Assembly: GCA_038087875.1 (NCBI GenBank)
Contig: CM075996.1
Span: 5,086,001-5,150,000, forward strand
Length of the DNA: 64,000 nt
Direction: 5' to 3'
Source of the DNA: Malacoraja senta
Taxonomy: Eukaryota
Each line of letters starts with the position of its first letter. The first letter of the stretch is position 1. This document shows positions 47,795 to 60,400 of the stretch, in pieces. Made by a program: the position numbers and the translations under genes. The notes under the pieces were generated by a model. The model was not told where the DNA came from, did no database searches, and saw only the letters and a list, made by a program, of their open reading frames with translations.

Positions 47795-50700
47795 GTAGAC
47801 TAAGGCGTCAAGGAATGAGTGATCCAGAGATTCTAGACAGGTGCACAAAAATGCTGGAGAAGCTCAGCGGGTGCAGCAGCATCTATGGAGCGAAGGAAAT
47901 AGGCAACGTTTCGGGCCAAAACCCTTCTTCAGACTGAGCTAGACAGGTGCATGGATAGGACAGATTTGGATGGATATGGACCAAGCGTAGGCAGGTAGGA
48001 ACTGGGACATGTTCTGAAGAAGGGTTTCGGCCCGAAACGTTGCTTATTTCCTTCGCTCCATAGATGCTGCTGCACCCGCTGAGTTTCTCCAGCATTTCTG
48101 TGTACCTAGGAACTGGGACATGTTGGCCAGTGTGGGCAGTTGGGCAAAGGGCCTGTTTCCACGCTGTATCACTTTATGACTCTATGCTGCCTGTCCCGCT
48201 GAGTTACTCCAGCATTTTGTGTCTATCTTCGGTTTAAACCAGCATCTGCAGTTCCTTCCAACAACAAAAGAGTCAAGAGTGTTTTATTGCCATGTGTCCC
48301 AGAAGCAACGCAAGCTTTTCACTGTACCTCGGTACACGTGACAATAAATTAAACTGAACCGAGATAAAACAATGAAACTCTTACTTTCACAAAAGTCACG
48401 AAATGTTGGAGTAGCTCAGCGGGTCAGGCAGCATCCATGGATAAAAGGAATAGCAGATGTTTCGGGTTGAGACCCTTCCTCAGACAGGGGAGAGGGAAAC
48501 TTAGAGGCATGAAAAGGTGCAAAGGACAAATGAATGAAATGTGTATCTCCGAAATAATAACCGGAGATCTCGAGAGAAAGCCCACGCAGGTCACAGCGAG
48601 AACACACAAACTCCGTACAGACAGCACCCGTAGTCAGGATCGAACCCGGGTTTCTGGAGCTGTGAGGCAGCATCTCTACCTGAATCTCCTTAAACTTCTA
48701 AGAAAGTAGCGGCGCTGATATAACATGTTACACTAATGGACTCTTTAAAAAGTACAAGAGGAATTGAGTAAATTTTTTTAATAACAGAAATTAATCGGCG
48801 TGAAACTCTCTGCCTGTTCGAGCTGATGGCGACAGAAAACAGGGCTTTGAACCGGACAAAGAGAGACACAAAGTACTGGACTAACTCAACAGGTCAGGAG
48901 TTTAGAAGGATGAGAAGGGATCTTATTGAAACATATAAGATTGTTTAAGGGTTTGGACACGCCGGAGGCAGGAAACATGTTCCCGATGTTGGGGGAGTCC
49001 AGAACCAGGGGACACAGTTTAAGAATAAGGGGTAAGCCATTTAGAACGGAGAACGAGGAGACACTTTTTCTCACAGAGAGTGGTGAGTGTGTGGAATTCT
49101 CTGCCTCATAGGACGGTGGAGGCAGGTTCTCTGGATGCTTTCAAGAGAGAGCTGGATAGGGCTCTTGAAGATATCCATTGACTTGGCCTCCACAGCCTTC
49201 TGTGGAGGCCAAGTCAGGTGCATGGATAGGACAGATTTGGATGGATATGGACCAAGCGTAGGCAGGTAGGAACTGGGACATGTCAGGGGATATGGGGAAA
49301 AGGCAGGAACGGGGTACTGATTGGGATGATCAGCCATGATCACATTGAATGGCGGTGCTGGCTCGAAGGGCCGAATGGCCTACTCCTGCACCTATTGTCT
49401 ATTGTCTATTGTCAGACCGCACCTCTGGAGGAAAAGGATGGGTGACCGTTTCGGGTCGGGATCCTTCTTCAGACAGGATGTTGGATGGAATTAGGAGAGA
49501 ATGATTTACGGGGCTGCGGGGAATGTTTGGGCAGATGAGACTGAGGGGAGATGCTCTACCAGGAGCCAGCATTCACCCAATGGGCTGAATGGCCGTCTTC
49601 TGAAGCATATAGAATCGACGCTGGCCCTCAAGTGTTGATTTTATTGAACAATCAAAAGAGACGCAGTAACTTCCACTTTGGCTACAGAGTCACCAAAGGG
49701 ACCTGACCTGAAATGTCACCTATCCAGGTTCTCCAGAGTTGCTGCCTGACCTGCTGACTTACTCCAGCACTTTGTATGTGTTTTTTTATTTTGTCACCAG
49801 CAGGGGGTGCCCGAGCCTGGGAATCAAGTGGAAAATCAAAGACAGACACAAAAGGCTGGAGTAACTCAGCGGGTCAGGCAGCATCTCTGAAGAAAAGGAA
49901 TCGGGACGTTTAGGGGTCGAGACCCTTCTTCAGACTGAGAGTCAGAGGAAAAGGGAATGAGAGACATAGACGGTACTTAGGAGAAATGAATGGAAGATAT
50001 GCACAAAGAGCTAGTCAAAATACCCAATGACTTGTCCTTCACACCCATCTGCAGCACCGAATTCCACAGATTCACCGCCCTCTGGCTAAAGAAATTGCTC
50101 CTCATCTCCATTCTAGTGCAGGCTGTGGAGATTCATTTAATACATCATGGACATCATGGCTAGACACAAAAAGCTGGAGTAACTCAGCGGGACAGGCAGC
50201 ATCTCTGGAGAGAAGGATGGGTGACGAAGGAATGCTGCCTGTACCACTGAGTTACTCCAGCATTTTGTGTCTATCTTTGGTTTAAACCAGCATCTGCAGT
50301 TCCTTCCTACACATGGACATCATGGCATCATGAGAAGGAATTTCTTTAGCCAGAGGGTGGTGGATCTGTGGAATTCGTTGCCACAGAAGGCTGTGGAGAC
50401 CAGTCAATGGATACTTTTAAGGTGGAGATTGACAGATTCTTGATTAGTAACGGTGTCGGGATTTATGGGGAGAAGGCAGGAGAATGGGGTTGAGAGGGAG
50501 AGACAGATCAGCCATGATTGAATGCGGAGTAGACTTGATGGGCAAATGACCTAATTCTGGCCCTATCACTTAATGAACTTATGGCCTGTTTCTGACTTGT
50601 ACTGACTGCACTGTGTTCCATGTCCTATATGCAGGGCAGGCAGCCTGTGGGGACCAGCCAGTAGAGGGCGATAAGTGGCTGGGAATTGGCCGGAGACTGG

Positions 50701-50833
50701 AACATGGAAGGATTAAGTTACGCTTAGTAAATAGCAAGAGCAAACCAACCATTGGGCAGATGTCTTAAAACAAGCACTTGCAACCTATTAGTTTTATAAA
50801 ACTAACTTTGAACAAATCAAGCATTCATTAGGA

Positions 50834-51190
50834 CAGTGTTCTCAACCTTGTTTGCCCCATACACCCTTTCACCATATGTCAGAATGTCATTCCCCCCCTC
50901 CTTTCCAAGATTGTCTGCCTCAAAAAGTGCATTCCAAATAATATGCATATAATACTGAAAATCCTTTATTTTTTCCATATTAGTACATATACATTTTCAA
51001 TTTTACATGGATTATTTTTATAGCAGCTAACCGATGCATACTGAATTTTGTGCTGCCCTGGGGAGCTCAAAGGCAATAAAAAGATCAACATTCTAACAGT
51101 TTGAGTTTGCTAATCTGTGGTCCCAATTCCCCCCCCTGAAAACCTGAAATCCCCCCCTGGGGGGAATTCCCCCCTGGTTGAGAACCCCTG
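50834..51190. mobile_element. hAT-type MITE
   Basis: TIR CAG.GTTCTCAACC / GGTTGAGAACCCCTG; perfect 8-bp TSD CATTAGGA (50826-50833, 51191-51198). Confidence 0.88.
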
Positions 51191-51199
51191 CATTAGGAG

Positions 51200-51400
51200 A
51201 TAGACACAAAATGCTGGATTAATTCTAATCTAAAACAGACAGCATCTCTGGAGGGAAGGAATGGGTGACGTTTCGGGTCGAGACCCTTCTTCAGACTCAG
51301 AGTCTGAAGTCTGACGAAGGATCTCGACCCGAAACGTCACCCACTCCTTCCCTCCAGAGATGCTGCCTGTCCCGCTAAGTTATCCCAGAATTTTGTGTCT
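51200..51400. mobile_element. Inverted pair of Penelope-like terminal repeats, each with a hammerhead-type core
   Basis: Minus core at 51267-51294 and plus core CTGACGA-AGGATCTCGACCC-GAAACGTC at 51311-51338. Similar pairs near 13810-14040, 17245-17455, 40865-41055, 46520-46760, 54825-55020. Confidence 0.75.
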
Positions 51401-53277
51401 ACGATTTAAAGCAGCATCAGCAGTCCATTCCTAAACAAGCCCTCATTAGATTTCTGTAACTGCTTTGTTGATCTTAACTGCCTCGTTGTTCTACTTCTGT
51501 GCTTCCTTCCATAAATTCATTGTGCAACCTGTCACGAAATACCAGGCAGTATTATTCACTTAAACGGTTTTGTTTTGTTTAGAAGTGCCGTGCGTTAGTA
51601 ATAGCTCAGGACCTTGCAGGTCAGTTGTTTCAGTATTACTGTAAACCCAACCCCATTCCCCAGCAACCACTGACTCAGAAAGGGTTTTAATTCCACGACA
51701 GCTGGGTCATTGAAGTATGGAGATAGACAATAGACAATAGGTGCGGAGTAGGCCATTCGGCCCTTCGAGCCAGCACCGCCATTCAATGTGACCATGGCTG
51801 ATCATCCCCAATCAGCACCCCGTTCCTGCCTTCTCCCCATATCCCCTGACTCCGCTATCTTTAAGAGCCCTATCTAGCTCTCTCTTGAAAGCATCCAGAG
51901 AACCTGCCTCCACCACCCTCTGAGGCAGAGAATTCCACAGACGAGGGCTGAGTATTCGAGGGTCTGAAGAAAGGCTCCCAACCCAAAACATTGCCTATCC
52001 ATGTCCTCCACAGATGCATCCCCTCTCTCTCCGACCCTCCCCCACCCTAGTCTTCGTACTACTTTCAGTCGTCCTGCTGAGTTTCACTGTTTGTCTGCAC
52101 TCGTCATCACCTCCTCCACAGCCAACAATGGACCATTGTGGGCTCCACCTTTCCTTGATCATCATCGCTGGCTTTGATTTGTTCTTTTGCATACCTGCAT
52201 TCATCTTCTTCTATGTTGAAGAAAGAACTGCAGTTGCTGGTAAAATCGAAGGTAGACACAAAATGGTGGAGTAACTCAGCGGGTGAGGCAGCATCTATGG
52301 AGAGAAGGAATTGCCAATGTTTCGGGTCATCAGACTGATGTCAGGGGAGGGACAAAGATAGAATGTAGGCGAAGAGACAGTAAGACTGGTGGGAGCTCCG
52401 AAGAAGGGTCTCGACCTGAAACATCACCTATTCCTTTTCTCCAGATATACTGCCCGATCCGCCGAGTTACTCGAGCTTTTTGTGTCTATCTCCGCAGATG
52501 CTGCCTGACCCGCTGAATTACTCCAGCACTTTGGTTCTTTTTTTGGTAAAGCAGCAGCTGCGGTTCTTTCCAAGTCTGAGTATTGTGGCGCCATCTGGTG
52601 GTTGAGCCACTTATAGATCGAACCCTCGTCAGTCGAGCTGGGACGGTCAGGTTACTGAGTTTGGCCGGAGTTGGGGGCGAAGAACGTTATAAAAGATCGT
52701 TTTATTCACAACGCGTGGATTACTACAGTATCCAGTTTGTCACTAAAGTTCACCCCCAACCTCCTAAACTTGGTAGGTCTTGTTGACTGTGACAGAGTAG
52801 ACTTGAAGAGGCCATTCCATCTTATAGGTAGCACCCCATTTTAGCGTAATCATTTCGGATTTAAAATGGTCACCAGTAAATTCACTGAGAATTCAAGGCA
52901 AACTGCTTTATTCTGAAGAAGGGTCCCAACCCGAAACGTCACCTCTGCATATTCTCCAGAGATGCCGCTAGACCTGGCAGCAACTGGGCAGCAATAGGTG
53001 GCACAGCGGTAGAGTTGCTGTCTTACCGCACCAGAGATCAGGGCTCATAGAAACATAGACAATAGGTGCAGGAGTAGGCCATTCGGCCCTTCGAGCCAGC
53101 ACCGCCATTCAATATGATCAATCACAAGCACAATAATACTTTATTAGCCAAGTGTGTTTTGCAACATATGAGGAATTTCATTTGCCAAGTCAGTCATACA
53201 ATTAAAAAAGCAATGGACCAGACAAAATACATAGTAACATAAACATCCACCACAGTGACTCTCCCACATTCCTCACA

Positions 53278-53691
53278 ACGCCTGTCATCTCGTCGCCCCT
53301 TCTCCCGTCACGCAGCGACCCTCTGTGGCTCCGGTTTCAACACACGAGGAGCACGGAGAACCAGCTGGGAACAGACTCCGCGACCTCCTCGATTCACTGT
53401 TGCACTGAACACCACAGCCCCACCCGGCTCGGACCTGCCCCGCAAAGAGTGGGTCGCGCTGAACCGGCTCCGTACACAGGGTCGGCCGGTTCAACGCCAA
53501 CATGCATCGCTGGGGGGCTGCGTTCATCAGTAGCCTGCGTGTGTGGAGCAGACCAGCTGGTGGAGGGGTCCTCCGCCCCCTTGGTGGAGGGGTAGACCTC
53601 ACGGCCCTCGACAACAGCACACTTGAACTGCTACAGCACCTGGAGGGCGTTACATAACCTCTGCTGCCTCAAACACAAGAAGAAGAAGAAG
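53278..53691 (+). mobile_element. Vingi/Ingi-like LINE 3' fragment
   Basis: RLSSRRPF...PPGSDLPRKEWVALNRLRT, then after a frameshift GVGRFNANMHRWG...CVCG; ends in (GAA)n. Clade assigned from recalled motif. Confidence 0.65.
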
Positions 53692-54059
53692 ATTGTGGTG
53701 GAAGGCAATAAATCTCAAATCAGTACCCCGATCTGGCTTTTTCCCCATATCCCTTGTTTCCCTTAGCCCGAAGAGCTAAATATAACCATATAACAATTAC
53801 AGCACGGAAACAGGCCATCTCGGCCCTTCTAGTCCGTGCCAAACATTTATTCTCACCTAGTCCCATCTACCTGCACTCAGACCATAACCCTCCATTCCTT
53901 TCCCGTCCATATACCCATCCAATTTATTTTTAAATGATAAAATCGAACCTGCCTCCACCACTTCCACTGGGAGCTCATTCCACACAGCTACCACTCTCTG
54001 AGTAAAGAAGTTCCCCCTCATGTTACCCCTAAACCTCTGTCCCTTAATTCTCAAATCAA

Positions 54060-54420
54060 AGCCCCTGTCCCACTTTGGAGACCTAAACAGCAACCTCTGG
54101 TGACCTTGCCCGCCACCCAAAAAAAATCAAGGTGGAGGTGACCTGCAACCTCCTACCACCACCCACGCATATGTTGAAAACCTTCCTCGACTATGAAGAA
54201 AACCGGCTTCGACTAGACCTGCAACCTATTTTTAGTCGAGGCCGGTTTTAATCATGATGGGAAAAATAACAGCAACCTAGATGAAGCCTCAGCCACGCGG
54301 AAACCACTTTCGACCATTAGGGAGAGTGACCAAAACCTCCTGTGACCTCATGGAAACCTTGGGTGGCGGGCAAGGTCACCAGAGGTTGCTGTTTAGGACT
54401 CCTAAGTGGGACAGGGGGCT
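54060..54420. mobile_element. MITE with long TIRs, Harbinger-like
   Basis: AGCCCCTGTCCCACTT...GCAACCTCTGGTGACCTTGCCCGCCACCCAA mirrored at the right end (about 60-bp TIR). Confidence 0.7.
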
Positions 54421-57218
54421 CACTCTCTCTTGAAAACTCTAACTCTATCTTGACGACAGGTGCTGTCTGTACGGAGTTTGCACGTTCTCCCTGTGACCGC
54501 GTGGGTTTTCTCCGAGTTTAGCTAAAGTAGGAGAATTCAATGTTCACACCGTTGGGTTGTAAGCCCATTGTTTGATCCTTTGCCTGGTGTCATGCTTCGG
54601 GTCACCTTGAAACCTCTCCAAAACATCCAGCTTTCCTGCACTTTGTTCCCAGCCCGCAGCTGGCAATCAGCAGGAAACGTTTTTCAATGCTCCTGGTTCA
54701 CACGGGAAGTTTAAACCCAGCCATGAATGGGCTGCTTTTCCTGTACGGTGTGCGAGTGCTCGACGTAAATTATCTTTCAAATTGTAAGCAAGGGATGTCA
54801 ACAAATATGTGCCTCCGTAGATGAACACAAAAAGCTGGAGTATAACTCAGCGGGACAGGCAGCATCTCCGGAGAGAAGGAATGGGCGACGTATCGGGTCG
54901 AGACCCTTCTTCGGAACGTCAACCATTCCTTCTCTCCGGAGATGCTGCCTGTCCCGCTGAGTTACTCCAGCTTTTTGTGTCTATCTTCGGTTTAAACCAG
55001 CACCTGCAGTTCCTTCCTGCACAATCTGTAAACTACAAATGTAATCTGTAAATCTGTAATCTTTAAAAATAGATTGGATGGGTATATGGACGGGAAAGGA
55101 ATGGAGGGTTATGGTCTGAGTGCAGGTAGATGGGACTAGGGGGAAGTATTTATTTTTAATTTTTAAAAAAAGTTAAAAAAATGTTCGGCACGGACTTGAA
55201 GGGCCGAGATGGCCTGTTTCCGTGCTGTTATGGTTATATGGTTATATGGTTATATGCTGCTGATGTACGTGGCTTGTTGTAGAATCTGGAAGGAATTGAT
55301 GGGATTGTAATGGCAATGAAATGAGCTGCAGTAGGATTAGAGTAAATGGTTTGCTGATGTCGGTGTGGACTCGATGGACTGAAGGCCCTGTTTCCGTTTT
55401 GAGTCTCTCCATGACTGTCCAAGTTGTCCATTTTGTTAGGCGGAAATGTTAGAAGCTGCTCTCTCCCACCACCTGCTGGTTCCGAGTGGCTGTGACAGCT
55501 AGACAGCTCCAGTTGTCAACTCTAGCTGAGGGGGGGACGTACAAAAAGACAGACACAAAATGCTGGAGTAACTCAGCGGGTCAGGCAGCATCTCTGGAGA
55601 GAAGGAATGGGTGACGTTCCGGGTCGAGACCCTTCCTTCAGACATACAAAGTCCTGATTCAGAGGGAGAAGATGTTTTACATTAGTGCAGTAGTCCACTT
55701 TAAAAAATATATATCAATGTCTCATTTCATTCAGTAAGACTTATAAACGGCAAATCATAAGGGAACGATTTACAGTAAAAGGATGTGAAAGATGTCAAGC
55801 AATTTTATTTTGTGTATATCAAAAATCATTGCAGTAGCTACCAGTTAAAGATAAATCTAACCCTTGGGATAAAAGAAACATACTCCATTTGATACCTTCA
55901 GCCCATCTAGTCCATGCCGACCAAGTTTCCATACTGGGATCGTCCAATTTACCTACATTTCGCCCATCTCCTAAATCCTTCCTTATCCACATAGCTCATA
56001 AATTCATGTTCATAAGTGATAGGCCATTCGGCCCATCAAGTCTACTCCACCATTCAATCATGGCTGATCTATCTTTCCCTCTCAACCCATTCTCCTGCCT
56101 TCTCCCCATAACCCCATGACATATGTTATACTAATAACTGTCCAAATGTATTTTACAGTGTTAGACATAAAGTAATGCAGAGGCTCAGGCAGCACCCCTG
56201 GGGAACATGGATGTTGCGGGTCAGAACTCATTTTCCTTTCTCTTCTAAAATATTTCTGGAACATCCTCCCTTAAACTCTCTACCCACATTCATCACAACA
56301 GAATTTGCCACATTGCAAAGATAATTAATTGGCCAGGGATTTCCCTGGGTCATGTTCATGTGATAGGAGCAGAATTAGGCCATTCGGCCCATCAAGTCTA
56401 CTCCGCCATTCAATCATGGCTGATCTATATCTGCCTCCTAACCCCATTCTTCCGCCATAAGAATTAAACTATAATGTTTGGTTCTTAATGCTTTATGTTT
56501 TATTCTTAATTGTTACTGTATGTCGTGTTGTTACTTGCGAGCGGAGCACCAAGGCAAATTCCTTGTATGTGAACGTACCTGGTCAATAAACTTATTCATT
56601 CATTCATTCATTCTCCCCATGACCCCTGACACCTGTACTAATCAAGAATCTATCTCTCTCTCTCTCTGCCTTAAAAATATCCACTGACGTGGTCTCCACA
56701 GCAGTCTGTGGCAATGGATTCCACAGATTCACCACCCTCTCTGCCCGAAATGTCACCCATATCCTTCTATCCAGAGACGCTGCCTGTCCCGCTGAGTTAC
56801 TCCAGCATTTTGTGTCTATCTTCGGTGTAAACCAGCATCTGCAGTTCCTTCCCACGCACACTCACCCTCAACATTCTTGGCCCCAGATGACTGAAAGAAC
56901 GCTGCTGAACTGTATATATGGGATCCAAAGATGGTACAGTGATCTCTCTTGGAATGGGACTCCTCCTTTAAGAGTCGTCTCTTAAATTTAAAAGAAACAA
57001 AGCTTAGAAATCATTATATCATCAATATAATTAACTCTTCATTGCAAACAATGTCAAGTCTTGTTTAATACAGGTCGCAGGCTCTTTGAAGAGGCCACTG
57101 GGGAATGAGGCACAGGCTAAGCAGAGGGATGGGAGAATAAACACAAACCGCTTCAATAACAGTCAGCTCCTCTGCACTCTCTGCTGGGCCACTCCCTGGG
57201 TATCAGCCTGTCGCTGGT

Positions 57219-57462
57219 CTATTGTGTTTTGGTCTTTCTGTTTCCCTTCGCTGTGTTGTACGATCGCTTTGGTTTCTGCCGCTTGATAGTTTTACGCGTG
57301 ACTCCCGTCCGGCCTGCTTTGGTTTTCTTCGGGGAGCCTTTGGTCTTCTCGGGTGGGCTGCCTTTGCAATTCTTAAACGGGGCGACTTTCACACTCACCC
57401 CGGTAACATTCCTCGGGAGGTTGCAAACGGCTCGGACCTTCAGGTTGGTGCTTTCCAGCCAC
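57219..57462 (-). CDS. CHADL: CHADL last coding exon (LRRCT end and basic tail)
   Basis: (R)WLESTNLKVRAVCNLPRNVTGVSVKVAPFKNCKGSPPEKTKGSPKKTKAGRTGVTRKTIKRQKPKRSYNTAKGNRKTKTQ*; phase matches the previous exon. Confidence 0.88.
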
Positions 57463-60400
57463 CTTTTAAAAGGTGAACAGTAAAGATAAAATCAATGCAG
57501 AAAATAAAATGGCAGACGTTTCACCCACACACCAGAATACTACCGATACTTCCAAATGACATAGGAGAGGGGTGCTGCCTGTACGGAGTTTGCACGTTCT
57601 CCCTGTGGCCGCGTGGGTTTTCTCCAGGTTCTCCGGTTTCCTCCCACACTCCAAACATGTGCAAGTTTGTAGATTACTTGGCTTCAGTAAAATTCCCAAT
57701 TATCCCTAGTGTGTAGGATTGTGTTACTGTATGGGGATCACTGGTCAGCATGGACTCGATGGGCCGAAGGGCCTATTTCCGTTCTGTATCTTGAAAGTCT
57801 AGTCTAAAGAGACCTATCAACCTATCAAATCTTTACCAGCTCACAAAGTGAACATATTTAGCTTAGTTTAGTTCAGATCAGAGATACAGGCCCTTCGGCC
57901 CACCAAGTCCACACCGACCAGCAATCCCGACTATGGGTGCTGTCTGTGCAGAGTTTGTACGTTCCCCCCGTGAACGCGTGGGTGTTCTCCAAGATATTTG
58001 GTTTCTTCCCACACTCCAAAGACGTACAGGTTTGTTAGTTAATTGGCTTGGTATAAATTGTCCCTGGTGTGTGTGTACGATGGCGTTACTGTGCTGGGAT
58101 GGGGTGGGCCAATGGGCCTGTTTCCATGCTGCATCACGATATTATCCATGCCACAGACGGCTGTGGAGGCCAAGTCTATGGATACTTTTAAGGCAGTGAT
58201 TGATACATTTTTGATTAGTACGGGTGTCAGGGGTTATGGGGAGAAGGCAGGAGAATGGGGTTAGGAGGGAGAGATAGATCAGCCACGATTGAATGGTGGT
58301 GTACACTTGATGGGCCGAATGGCCTAATTCTGCTCCTATCACTGATGAACTCATGAACGATCGGTAATGGACAGACAGATTGAGGGGTTTTACCTGCGGA
58401 GGTGTAGGAGGGGGCAGTCACAATCCCAGGGATTGTGCGACAGGTCAATGGTGTGCAGGTTGCGGAAGTTGGCCAGGCTGGGGATGTAGCTCAGCCTGTT
58501 ATTCCCCAGGTACAGGCTCTGCAGCCCCGCGCTCACACCGTCGAAGGCTGCGTCAGAGATCTGAAATGGCAAACCGACAACGCGACATCACAGGAAAACC
58601 CGAGCCATCTCTCTGTCCACCCGGATACCTGGGCACCTTTGCCCTTTAATTATCATAGAAACATAGAATATAGCTGCAGGAGTAGGCCATTCGGCCCTTC
58701 GAGCCTGCGCCGCCATTCAATATGATCATGGCTGATCATCCAACTCAGTATCCCGAACCTGCCTTCTCTCCATACCCCCTGATCCCTTTAGCCACAAGGG
58801 CCACATCTAACTCCCTCTTAAATATAGCCAATGAACTGGCCTCAACTACCTTCTGTGGCAGAGAATTCCACAGATTCACAACTCTCTGTGTGGAAAATGT
58901 TTTTCTCATCTCGGTCCTAAAAGACTTCCCCCTTATCCTTAAACTGTGACCCCTTGTTCTGGACTTCCCCAACATCTGGAAAAATCTTCCTGCATCTAGC
59001 CTGTCCAACCCCTTAAGAATTTTGTAAGTTTCTATAAGATCCCCCCTCAATCTTCTAAATTCTAGCGAGTACAAGCCGAGTCTATCCAGTCTTTCTTCAT
59101 GTGAAAGTCCTGCCATCCCAGGAATCAGTCTGGTGAACCTTCTCTGTACTCCCTCTATGGCAAGAATGTCTTTCCTCAGATTAGGAGACCAAAACTGTAC
59201 GCAATACTCCAGGTGTGGTCTCATCTAGACCCTGTACAACTGCAGTAGAACCTCCCTGCTCCTATACTCAAATCCTTTGTTCGGCTGGTTATGCGGCCTC
59301 AAGGGACCCAGGCTCGGTGATGCATGTCCAGGTGTCAATGGGTATCTCGCCAGCCCCCCACCCCCTCTCACCCACCCCCCCCCCCCAGAAGCAACCATCC
59401 CTCACCTTTTCCAAACCCATGTCGTTCAGCCACAAATGTTGGAGGGACCCTGCCATTGGAAGGAAGACCCCGCTATCGATTTGTTTAATGGGATTGGCGG
59501 ACAGTTTCAGTTCGTCCAAAGTGGACATCTTCATCAGAGCAGCAGCGGGGACAGCCGTCAGCTTGTTCTCGTCCAAGAACAGCTTCTGGAGCTGGGCCAT
59601 GGGACTGAGAGCGGTCGGGGAGATGTAGGTGAGGTTGTCGCCGGTCAGGTACAGCCACCGCAGCTTCTCCGCGCCTTCCATGTTCTCGTCGGTCAACTGA
59701 GGGATGGGATTGTACTCCAGGTGAAGGGCAAAGAGGAGGGGCAGGAGCCGTAACGTTCCCTTGGGTATCGAGGACAGCTTGTTGTGGTCCAGGTAGAGGT
59801 AGGTCAGGTCGGGGAGTCCTTCGAAGATGTCCGGTTGGAGGCGGGTCATCTCGTTAAAAGACAGGTACAAGTAAACGAGCTTCTTCAGCCCACGGAAGGC
59901 CCCGGCATGGACATCGTGTATTCTGCAGTTCTGTAAATGGAGGGAGACCAGTTGCTTCATATTTGGGAAGGAGCCCCTGGGGACTGAGTGGAACTCATTG
60001 TAACGCATGTCCAGAAGGTGGGTATCAGGGGGGAAGCCCTTGGGGATCTTGCGTAGCCGCTTGCCCTCGCAACTGGAGTGTCGCAGCTCGTGTTTGCAGT
60101 CGCAGTGATCTGGGCACGGGCGGCCATCTTGGTTGGCGGTGCCAGGCCTGTTGGCCGGGTCGATCTGCTCCTCCTGCTCCTCGATGTCCGACGGTCGGAG
60201 GTCGCACCTCAAGTGAACTGGGCGCAGGGAGTCCAACCTCTCCCCGCCGTACGGCCCGGGGCGGCTGCAGAACACCCGGGCTCGCGGCCTGGTGTAGTTG
60301 GCCATCCATTCCCTGAAGGGTCTCATGAAACAGTTGCACTGGATGGGGCTGCCCGTCAGGTTGACCATCCTCAGGGCCTCCAACCCAACCAGGGGCTCGA

